Below are positions 1-11,100 of a stretch of 63,878 nt of DNA, in pieces. The position numbers and the translations under genes are program-made. The notes beneath the pieces were generated by a model. It was given only the letters and a program-made list of their open reading frames with translations, was not told the DNA's origin and did no database searches. Numbering within the stretch: the stretch's first letter is position 1; the number at the start of each line of letters is the position of its first letter. Source of the stretch: Sphaerodactylus townsendi (Eukaryota); NCBI RefSeq assembly GCF_021028975.2, contig NC_059439.1:34348001-34411878 (forward strand). Reading direction: 5' to 3'.

Positions 1-925
1 GATATGCTGGTAGTTGTGAGTCAGGAACCTGCAATGAGAGCAGATGACTTCAAGCAAAAAATGAAGTCTTCTTCTATCTGATTCCAGCCCAACATAACTG
101 CTATCAACACCTAACTATATCTGAGACTCCAGAAAGACAATATCTGCAGAATGTGAAGAGTTCTACTTGAGAAAATAGACCTTGTAATACGTTACAGCTC
201 TGTGGAGATGAAGAATATCCTTCCCCCAGAAAAGAAGACTAAAACATTATCTAAGTGATAAGTAAATACCTTGCAGGAATCATCAGAATGTGAACAAAGC
301 AACAAACAGAAATGACACTTAATACACGTTCAGGCCAGTCTGATTAAAATATTTCCCAAGCTACATATGCGATCCTTATCCGGTAGATTGAATGAAGAAT
401 ATCTCTTGGGAGAATCTAGGGAGGCTGACCATAATTCTGCTAAACAAAGCTTCAAAAGTGGCCAACGTGATAGACTTAACAGCAACATAACATGGAAAGG
501 TAAGAAGGAAGTTCACACATCCCAGCAACATTTAGATTTTGAAATCAAGAACGAAAAGCAAGTACTGAACACAGTGCCAACCATTTCCCAGCACACCGAG
601 TCTCCCTCAAACCTACATGCATGATAGGAAGAAAACGAGCATTTTCTTACGCAAGGTCAGTGAACAGTTCCTCAGAGGGGCGTTTGTCAAATGTGATTGG
701 ACTGATGGCTACATAGATCTGGGACAAAATGGCAGCAATGATGAGGTCTCCCGGTTTATAGTATTTGTGAACTATAGGAAGGGGATCTCCTGTGGGGCGT
801 TTACTAAGAGGAACCTTACACATTGCCAGAGGCACGATTGCAAATTCCACCACCACAAACAACAGCTGCTTCAGTGAAAAAATCAGTTCTGGAAACAAAT
901 CCAACTGCTCAGACATTGTTCTCAT
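1..925 (-). CDS. V2R gene A, partial (exon 1 651-916/925; exon 2 begins at 28 and runs off the window)
   Basis: Exon 1 encodes signal peptide-like sequence plus [24 protein letters not shown] and ends in a GC|GTAAG donor. Acceptor ttgcag|G at 28 continues in frame as FLTHNYQHI. Paralogous to genes B and D. Confidence 0.9.
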
Positions 926-1321
926 TTGTCTCTGACTATCCAGATTTGAATGATGGGGCCTTTTGACCAATAGTTCCTAATGTCAGGGCTGTGCTTGATG
1001 AATTCTTCTGTGTCCCTTACCCCTGCTCTGAATGACATGGGGACTATTAATAGTTTCCTCCAATCTTTTGCCTACAGCTGCTGAATCGCTGTGATTAAAT
1101 GAGGTTAATTTGATGATTACAGGGATGATAATAATCAGCCCCACCATACTGCAGAAAAAAAGCATTATGATGTCATTTCCCTTGGACAGATGTGTTTGAA
1201 TTAATAGTATATTATTTTCTTGTATAATGCTGTCAAAATGCCTGGGGATTTACATTGTCCATGGAAACAGCTCCTTGATTCCATGAACTTGTGATGGACA
1301 GTTCCTGGAGTAATACACTAA

Positions 1322-2129
1322 TTTGCTGCCTGAGGGAAATAGCTAAGAACCCTCCTAAACTTACAATAACTTTGAGTACAACATGCTTGCTTGTGTGGTA
1401 AAAAGTTGGCCATAGCCATTTTATTTAACAAAAATTGGTTCAAGGCAAACCAAGCGTACTGCGCTGCATGTCATGCCTGCATACTGGGGGTCTGATCTGT
1501 GTGCTACAAGTCCTGAGGGCTGTCCCCTAGACACCTAAATGTTTCTACAGCACGCCTGCTGATGAAAAAATTCATCCATCGCCTTGAGCAGCCGTGAGAT
1601 TCCAGGATGGGCGGTTGCCACTCCCTGGAAGACTTCATTTGTGCTGCCAGGGCTTAGCTTCATAGAAGCTTCCACGCCGCCTGCGGCAGGCGGTGACCCT
1701 TTGGTTTGCTCCTGCAATTCCCCTAAACCTCAGAAGCGGAGGTTCTCAATAAAGCCCGGTATTTTCACCCGCTTCGACCCCAAATCTAAAGATCAGTCCC
1801 CCCATGCGCTTAAATCCGGGCCAACCCCGGTTAACAAAACAAACATGCCATTAACAAATAACAAATACAGGGAGGGGAAGGGCTGGAGACGCTGCGGCGT
1901 TCCAGTGTCAAATGGGGAGGAGGCAAAGCCGGGCCTAGCCTTAAATAGGCTGCCCGGCCCTCCTCTCAGGTGACGTCAGGGCGCCCAGCATCACTGCCAG
2001 GCGCCCTAGAAGACCAAAAGCCTCACAAGCAGAGGGAGCTCGCGAGGCAGCCGGGAAGGTGGCAGCCCATGGGAGGCTGTCCCTTCCCCAGCAGCAATGG
2101 CGACCACGGTACGTCGCGGCCGCTTTTTT
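1322..2129 (-). mobile_element. About 0.8-kb solo repeat, possibly DIRS/Ngaro-derived
   Basis: Absent from the paralogous spacer at about 14380; diverged second copy at 36752-37498; T-run junctions; no clear TSD and no TG..CA ends. Confidence 0.6.
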
Positions 2130-2483
2130 GAAGTAAGTGATCTCTGTATTGTTGCCAGTCTGCCACAAAGACAGGGAATCTCCTGTTCCCTGCTCTTAAT
2201 GACAACAAAAGAAGAATAAAGTAAAAAAATGGCCACCAGATCTATGGCATGATGTCACTCCTATAGAGAACCGGCATCACTTCTGGGTTCCCCCACAGAT
2301 TGAGGCAGACAGCTAGACCATGTGTGGAAGTCCAAATATGAGCATGCTAGGTGGGAGGATTGATTAAAGAAGAAGAACTTAGGTGGGCTGATGGAGCCAC
2401 CTGAGCGAAAGCCTATCTTCCATAGGGCTGGTTCAACAAAGGCTGAGCAGCAGCCTTTTGACGTTATCTGGTAAAGAGACTTG

Positions 2484-2624
2484 GGCCCCTTCCGCACACA
2501 CAAAATAATGCGTTTTCAAACCACTTTCAGAACTGTTTGCAAGTGGATTTTGCCATTCCGCACAGCTTCAAAGAGCACTGAAAGCAGTTTGAAAGTGCAT
2601 TATTCTGCATGTGCGGAATGAGCC
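2484..2624. mobile_element. 141-bp Harbinger-like MITE
   Basis: TIR GGC(c/t)c(c/a)TTCCGCACA; nine copies in the window. Confidence 0.85.
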
Positions 2625-3113
2625 TAAGTTATGGCAGAAGTTTACATTATCGGGTCCACCAAACATCAGTCAATTACACATGGTCAAGGGTTTGAGGGAG
2701 CTCTGGAGGCTTTGGAAAAATGCTCTTAATCAAGAGTACTTTTGCAATTGCACCCCACAAATGATGATTTCTCGCCTGATGACCCCTAGCCTGGAAGAAG
2801 TCCCATCAGCCTCAAGCAAGGAGAGGGCTTTTTCGGTATTGCAGTATAGTAACACAGTTTTATTTATGATGCCCTTAGTTGTTGCCTAATCAGGGGGCAA
2901 ATGAGAAATCGAAAGGGAAAGAAGCTGAAAAAGTTCTACCGTCCTTTTCCTAAGGAGAAGAGACTGCAGATTCAAGGAGGGGTAGAGTCCCATGCACTGT
3001 TCCAGAAGCTGTGCTATTCCCATTTTGTGAGTCCCAAAAATTCCTCACTATTTGCAATTCCCTTTCCCAGTATTTGATTTCAGACTAGATATTAACGTGG
3101 ATATTTTATCCGA

Positions 3114-3690
3114 GGCCCTTTCTGCATCGGTATTCTTTGCTGCTCTCACGCCGGCAAGTTTAATTCCCCTGCAGGCGCATGAGGGCAATGAGGTCGGTTG
3201 TTGCACGCGAAGCGCGCTATGAAATGTACCAGGAGAGGCTGGTAGATTTGACAGGCGGCTCCTTTGATGGAGCCGCTGTTCTTCCAGCCTTCCCTTTCCT
3301 TATTTTATTTGAACTCGCCATCAGCCTGTTGGTTTCCGTGAAGTTCGCGGGCTTACCATGCTGCCCTCCAACCTCCAGGGGTCGGAGGGACAGCCGGTAG
3401 GAGGGGCTTCGAGGCCGTTGCAGGTCGGCTGACGGGGACAAGGTAAGTGGGAAAGGGAAGGGAAACAAAGCGTGTTCCCGGGCAAAAGTACTGGGTTTGC
3501 ACCGCGTCACTGGAAGTTTTTTTTTGTGGCTGCGGCCTGGACGCCACCCCTGAGGGAGGGGAAGGGCAGCCAGGCTCGGGCGCTTTCGCTGCATTTCCAG
3601 CAGCCGCCGCTTCAGCGAATCGGCGGCCTGGGGGCGGCGCTTTACCGCCTGGTCAGGTCCGCCGCTTTTGGCCCGCATATGGAAATGGCC
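3114..3690. mobile_element. GC-rich non-autonomous Harbinger-like element
   Basis: Imperfect GGCC..TTTC/GAAA..GGCC termini; absent in paralogous spacers. Confidence 0.65.
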
Positions 3691-4231
3691 TCCAAGCTTC
3701 CTTGCAGCAGCCTGTTCTGAGGATATCTCAAGGAGGGAAAGGCAGAGGTCTGGAAGGGATATCCTCACTTTAAAAGATGGAACAAGTAAGCCTCAAGCTC
3801 TTAACTCTGGCTGTTCAGTGTATGCGGATTAAATAGGAGTGTTATTTATTTTTTGCTGACCTACTGGTTGAGCATTCTTTTGTTATGATTCCAGTTTAGA
3901 CAATCCAATGATTTTTTTCAGTATTATAAATTAAAAATAAAGAAGAATGCTCCAAAATAGCTCCAGAAATACAAACATTCATGGTGCATCTGGAAATGCA
4001 AAGTACAAAGGAAAGCAAATTGCAATCAGCTTGGGACTGCCTAATGCATTTATTTCCATGGCTTCTAATAATTTATTATACAACCATTGATACAATCTGA
4101 ACATCTGGGACTGTTACACCCAGTAAAAATCCAGAAACAGCCACATTACAGCCTTAAGCAAGGAGTAAACCACTCCTTTAAAATGTTAGCTGAGTATAAT
4201 AAAATATATCCTGGGATTTGCGTCATAAGAT

Positions 4232-5133
4232 TTAAGACTTTGTTTTTATCAGCTGTCCTCTTTTGTTCATCTCAGGTCTTACTATAATGATGTAGCATTT
4301 TGGGCAAAAAATGCAGCCCAGTAGCCCAGCACTGGAGGTTAAGATGGAGAAGATCTCCACAGCCACCATGGATTTCCCCTTGGTGCTCAAGTAGCTTGGA
4401 ACGAAGGAGACCCACACACTGCAAAAGACCAACATGCTGAAGGTGATGAACTTGGCTTCATTGAAACTGTCCGGTAATTTCCTGGCTAAGAAAGCCACAG
4501 TGAAGCTGGTAACGGCTAGGAAGCCAAGAAAGCTCAGGACACTGTAAAACATGGTGACAGACCCCTCTTTACATTCCAACACAATTGTCTCCGTCATTGA
4601 GTGCATGTCAGAACCTGGAAAGGGGGGAGATGTTGCCAACCACACGGTACAAATAGTAGCTTGTGAGAGGGAACATGCAAGGACAATGGAACTGGACAAC
4701 CTTTTTCCCAGCCATCTCCTCATTCTGGATCCTGGCTTTGTGGCCATGAAAGCCAGAACCACAACAACTGTTTTGGCTAAAACGCAAGAAACAGCCACTG
4801 AGAAGATGACGCCGAAAGCCACTTGTCGAAGGAGACAGGTCCACTTCTCAGGCTGGCCAATGAATAGCAAAGCACAAAGGAAAGACAAGAGGAGAGAGAT
4901 GAGGAGAGTGTAGGTGAGGTCCCGGTTGTTGGCTTTGACTATAGGAGTTTCCCGGTGCTTAATAAAGATCCCGAGCACCACAGCTGTGATGACAAAGAAG
5001 GAAACAGCGACAGTGGCCAAGCTGATCCCCAAAGGTTCTCCATAAGATAAAAAGCTGATCTCTTTCTGCAAGCATGAATTCTGGCCTTTGTTTGGATACT
5101 GACCTTCAGGACACTCAAAACATTCATTCATAT
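4232..5133 (-). CDS. V2R gene B exon 6 (7TM)
   Basis: 299-aa ORF with class C GPCR 7TM motifs TPIVKANN and PKCYII. Confidence 0.95.
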
Positions 5134-8100
5134 CTGGAAATGGAAATGCAATGGCAAGTTGATAATAATATGACCAAGTATTCCGAAAGTGCTGCTCAAG
5201 AAGTCAGACAACTAAGATTTCTCACTTTATTTTCAATAATATGAGAACAAATTTAGGCTCAGTGGTGTCTTCAGAGCACACCAGAGTTTTGGAGATTGTA
5301 GTAATGGGCCTTTGGGTACACTAAAATGATCACAAAGCAGACTGGTGCCTATAACATGTCTGTCCCTGCCTTACTTGCTTCTTTTTGTCTCAGTCAACAC
5401 ACCACTGTTTGAAAGAGCAATTGCATAGCTGTCCATATTGAATATTGTTTCCTTTTCTAATAAAAATCACAGAATCAAAAAGAAGTGGTCAACTTTAAGT
5501 AGCTGCAAATGCCATCCTTCATAAATAAATGAATAAAAATGACATTTGATTCTGAGTCAACTTGCTCTGTTCATTTGTTTGTTTTTTAATAAGGAAATGT
5601 TTATTAGGAGATTGAGACAAAGTCGAAGGAAGTCTGTCCAGATGTTTTAAACAAAAATCCAACCAAGGAATCTACTACATTCATTAATACCAACATTCCA
5701 ATCTATATTAACAATGAAAAATAAACAGTGTTTAGAAACATAAAACCTAAAACATTTTTCTGGCTTTACCTTTGATAATGGAAAAATTAAACAGTGACTC
5801 ATAAGAGTCTTTAGGGTCCTGTAGGCTTTGTGAGTTGAACTTAAGCCACTGAATAGACCTTCTGTGGCCCACTTTGGTCTAACTCAATTTACTTAGGCTG
5901 TTTCCGCATGGAGGCAGAAACGGCTAGGTCGGCGCATTTCGCGCTGACCCGACGATGCTGGGACCGTCCGCATGGGCGGTCCTGGAAACAGTCGGGCAGC
6001 CGGTGCCACGGAGCGCCGGCGCCCGGCCGACCCGGCATGTCCCCGGGCCTCCGGCATGTCGCCGAGGCCTGGGGACACGCCCCCTGGCCCTGCGCTCCTG
6101 CTCCAATCTTCGACAAGCGGCTTTTGGAGGCCCGGGGACAAGGTAAGTGCCGGGAACAAGGCGGGGGTGGAGGCGTCGTGAAGCCGCTGCCGCTCACGCC
6201 GGGCAGCGGCTTGACGGGCGGCGCTCGGTAAAAGAGCGCTCTGGGGAAACGCCGGCTTCATGACGGGCGGGCGGCACGAGGGCGGCGCGGCTGCGATGCA
6301 GCTGCGCCCCCTGTGCGAATGGCGGCCTGGAAACGGCGTTTTTGCCGTCTCCAGGCCGCCATTAAATGCCCGTGCGGAAATGGCCATAGATTGCAGGTAT
6401 TAACTATTGCAGTATATCACAAACTATGGGCTTCTTCTGGAAAGTTAACACTTGGATTGTGCAAAACATGAAATTCAGGCGATGTCTACAGGGCCATTCT
6501 CACCATTCTAATTTTGAACGCTTATTTCAGAAAGAATGGAACATTGCTTTTGGATCGACCTGCTATGGATAGCTTCAAGCGTCTATACGCCTTTGTACAT
6601 ACTGAAATACAATGAATGTATCTGATACTCGAATCTCTTACCCTTCTCATTTGAAATCTTCCCTGATGGACACGGAAGACAATCATAACAGCAAAAAGGC
6701 CTGCCTTCGATCTTTCTTTTGCTGTAACCAGAACGACAGCATTCATTGCAAACCGAAAGGGGCTGCACCTGGCCCAAATGAAAGATACGTATCAAATACA
6801 CAAGTTCTCATCTGTTTTTCCAAATGTATATATGATTATATTGTCAAAGGCTTTCATGGCCAAAATCGCTGGGGTGGGTGGGGGTTTCCAGGGTGTATGG
6901 CCGTGTTCCGGGAGCATTTTCTCCTGGCGTACATATTATTGGTGTAATTGGAGTTATAATAGGTTGACATGGTCTGATACCATGACTGCAGTGGAACATT
7001 CAGAGTGCAATGGAGAATTGAAACGTTTGTATTCTTTTGTAAGAATTTGCACCATTTCAAATCTTCCAGCTTCATTCTCTCTTGGCTGAGATCCCATGCC
7101 AGTCAAGTCAGCAAAATCAAAGATAAAGGTCCAAGCAAGAGCTGAAGTTCACAAAATTGATGTGAATAGTGTTGAGAACTTCTGCTTTATGTTTAGCAGT
7201 TCACAGCCCTATCTAACCAGTGGTGGGATCCAAAATTTTTAGTAACAGGTTCCCATAGTGGTGGGATTCAAACAGTGGCGTAGCGCCAATGGGGCTGGGC
7301 GGGGCACGATGGTGGCATGGCCGGGCATTCCAGGGGCGGGGCATTAATAATTTCTCTGTTACTGTAAAAAACTCTTACTGCAAAAAAAAGTTCCTAATTT
7401 CCAGCTGGTATCTTTCTGTCCATAATTTAAACTCATTATAGCAAGTTATATCGTCTCCTGCCAACAGAAACATCTACTTCTCCTCTAATTGACTGCCTGT
7501 CAAATACTTAATACTTTCAAATACTTAATTTTGTTTCTAGAAATCAAAAGAAGGATACTTTCCTTAAACAAGGAACTTGACCATATTTCTAAAACATGTC
7601 TTTAAAACAGCCCAACAGGGAGAATTATCCCGTTTTCTACCTTCGCTAACCGGCCACATAGGAAACAACAGGACTTTTATGATTTTGGGACCTAATGGAA
7701 TTTCTAACGGAAAAGCAGACCCAATTAGTAACCCCCTCTCGGCACACACCAATAATTAGTCACCCACTCTCGGGAACTGGGGAGAACCTGCTGGATCCCA
7801 CCTCTGCATCAAACGATCAGGTGTCCAGAAGTGGTGTTACGGCTACACCAGCCTGCAACTCCCAAGGAGGTTTTCCAGTGGGGTGGGGAGGCTAAAATTG
7901 CAACCAAACCTCCCCACTGCTGGAAAAGCCCCCACTGGGCTTTAGGCCCTTAAGCCTAGTGGCAGGGAAGGCCAATTCTGAGCTGCTTTGAGGCTCCTTA
8001 TGGCAGAGATAAGTGCAGTATAAAAACAAGTTATTCTTTTCGTTTGATCAAGCTGTGCCTTTCCATGAGAATACTACTATGCCTTGTCATTTTTTTCTAG

Positions 8101-11100
8101 GCGCCTTCTCTATATATCTAAATCTATATTTATTTGTGATCTCTTCTGCTTGGAAGGAACACAAAGGATGTTAATGCCATCACCAAAAATACACTAAAGA
8201 TCATCTCCTGGAACATTGCTGGGTGGGCAAATAAGACATTGAACTCTGAATTTACCCACTGCCTCACCCAATTTCATATCATTCTTTTACAGGAGACATG
8301 GATGACCTCCCCAATCAATATTCCTGGTTACAAATCATTTGCACTCCAGGCCTCAACTTTAAAGAAGAGAGGCAGACCATCAGGAGGCTTAGTAACATTT
8401 ATATCTCAAGGAATTGCCTCAACTGAACTTGATGTGTGTGAACCACTAAAGCATTTTTTCAAAGCTTTTCCTAGCAACAGTTTTAGAAGAAAATGATGGT
8501 TTAACTATTCATCCCCTAATCAGCAGAACAAACACAGAGAAAAACATTAGTATGTGAATATTTTATTCCTGTTTCCACACTGGGAGCATTACTTGAGGTT
8601 TCTTAGAGCATTTAAAAATCTTACCTGGTCGAACATAGCGGGCCATACAATGGCCTTGTCATTAACGATGAATATTTTTTTGGGATGAGCCGTTGAGTCG
8701 GCCTTTCCCACTTTGACTCGAAGAAAGGATTGATTTGGGAAGGTGACCCAGTTGACAATATCCAAGTTGGTCACTAGTTCCCCATTTGTGTCGAAGGAAA
8801 TGCTTTCCCCAGCGCTGTTGTTGAAGGAGACACTTCTCAGAAAGTGGTAGAGCTAAAGGCAGACAAAAAGTAGAACACCCGTTCGTACCAATATGCAAGA
8901 TATGCAAATATGAAATGGGATGATACATTTCCAAACAAGAGGACTGCTGCTATTGTTTTCCTTAAATCTATGTTCAGGTACACAACAGGGAAACTTACAA
9001 ATTTAATATGTGAACATACCAGTGAGAGCCAATGTGGTGAAGTGATCAGGAGTAGATGGACTCTAATCTGGAGAAATGGGTTTGATTCCCCACTTGTCTA
9101 CATAACTGGTGGACACTTTCCTGGTGAACTGGATTTGGTTCCTTACTTCTACAGATGAAGCCTGCTGTGTGACCTTGGGCTAGTCATGGTTCTCTCAGAA
9201 CTCTCTCAACCCCACCTACGTGTTGTTTGCTTACAGGAGAAAAAGCCGAGGTATAAATCCAAATACTTCTTCATGTCTTCTACCAAATTCAAGTCAGAGA
9301 AAACCAGAAAATACTACTGGCAGCCTAAAAAGTGTTACATTTGAGCACCATAAAGTGATGGAAAGTCATAACCCATTTATGACGACCTGATAGTCTCCCA
9401 TTCAAGTACTTTGAAAGGTGAACTTAGCTAAGGCTGATTCCGCATGGGCCAAAAACAGTCGTGTGAAAACGGTGTGAAAACAGTATAAACCCTTTTACAC
9501 CCTTTTAAACCCTTTTACACCATTTTCACACCGTTTTCACACTGCTGTTTTTGGCCCATGCAGAATCAGTCTAAGCTTCCATGAGTTGATGAGGTCTGGT
9601 AGCTTCAGCCAATCAGGTCAGAGCCCCCCCCCCCCCCATCCCAATGCAGTGGTAAAGCTAAATTACTCTTTAAGCTGCTTTGAAGCATCACAGTTAGCAA
9701 GACAAGAGAGTTAAATTTAATGAATACAATAGTTAAAAAATAAAATCTAGCAGAACACCATAAAGATTTCAAATAACGTAACCAATTAGTCTGTGTAAGA
9801 TAGCAAATGTAAAACAGCTCCATTACAGAACCAATTAATTGATACCTTGTGAAGCAGGTTGGTTTAAGAGAGTTTAAAAAGAACTCTGACACAAGGACAT
9901 CTAGGAGGCTTCATGTGTAGGACTGGATAAACAAATCTGGTCCACCAGATTAAAGTCCACCACTCACATGGAGGAGTGGGGCATCAGACTTGTGCCTGTA
10001 GTGTAGTGATGGCGAACCTATGGCACGGGTGCCAGAGGTGGCACTCAGAGCCCTGTCTGTGGGCACGCGCAGAGTTCCCCCCCCCCACATATCTAGGCTT
10101 GCCTGGGCCACTGGGCTCGATTATTAGCATTAAACCTTAGACCTAAGCTGATTCTGCATGGGCCAAAAACAGCGGTGTGAAAACAGTGTGGAAACAGTAT
10201 AAACCCTTTTACATCGTTTTAAACCCTTTTACACCGTTTTCACACCGTTTTCACACTGCTGTTTTTGGCCAATGCGGAATCAGCCCTAGTTTTGGGGAGG
10301 CAGTGTAGGTAATCCTGTTAAGTGCTGTTAAACCCCACTGATTTTCATGCGAAGAACTAAAGTGCGATCCTTTACCTGGGAGTAATCTCGTTTGCTGACA
10401 ATGGGGCTTGCTAGGGTCGTGATTCACCTGTTGGAAGAGTTGCATGGTTGCTTCAAAGCAAAGCCACCGACTACCATCATGCTTACTCCCAAGTAACGCA
10501 TGCCTCGGAGCCAACCGTTTTTCTAAACTAAAACCTCAGTATTCAGGTTAAATTGCCGTGTTGGCACTTTGCAATAAAAAGTGGGTTTGGGGTTTCAATT
10601 TGGGCACTCGGTCTCGAAAAGGTTCGCCATCACTGCTGTAGTGGTTTGTTTGTTACCTATCGTACATTCGTAGAGAAAAGAGGGTGCACATGTTTTAGGC
10701 AACAAATCCATCTAACAATGAAGTGAGTGTGAGTAGAATGTGGGGATAGGGTGGGATATAAATAAAAATAAATAAATAAGAAATAAATGTCACCTGCCAC
10801 CCCTCTTGGCCTAGGAGATTCCATTGCCTGCTGTTCGCTGTTACTGTATGTCTAAAACTGGAGAACTGCCAATCTTGTAAAGCATACGCCACAGCATAAA
10901 CTCCGTTGTAGATGCTGTAGCTGTGGGCAGTTGTGATGGTTTCAAAAACAGATCCAGGAAGGTCCTTCAGTTTCTCCTCTCCAGTACAGATTTCCCCATC
11001 CCCTTGGACTGCTGTGGAGTTGAAGAATGAACAAAGAAAAACCAGCTGCCAGAATAGTCTGATGAAGTCATCGTTTTCTTTAGAGTTAGGATTTCTCTCC

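Noticed and set aside
4551-4913. Antisense and alternate-frame ORFs recurring over V2R exons
   Set aside because: Shadows of paralogous coding sequence.
3179-6387. ORFs in GC-rich patches (also 33371-33718 and 54434-55054)
   Set aside because: Lie inside TIR-bounded non-autonomous elements; no recognisable domains.
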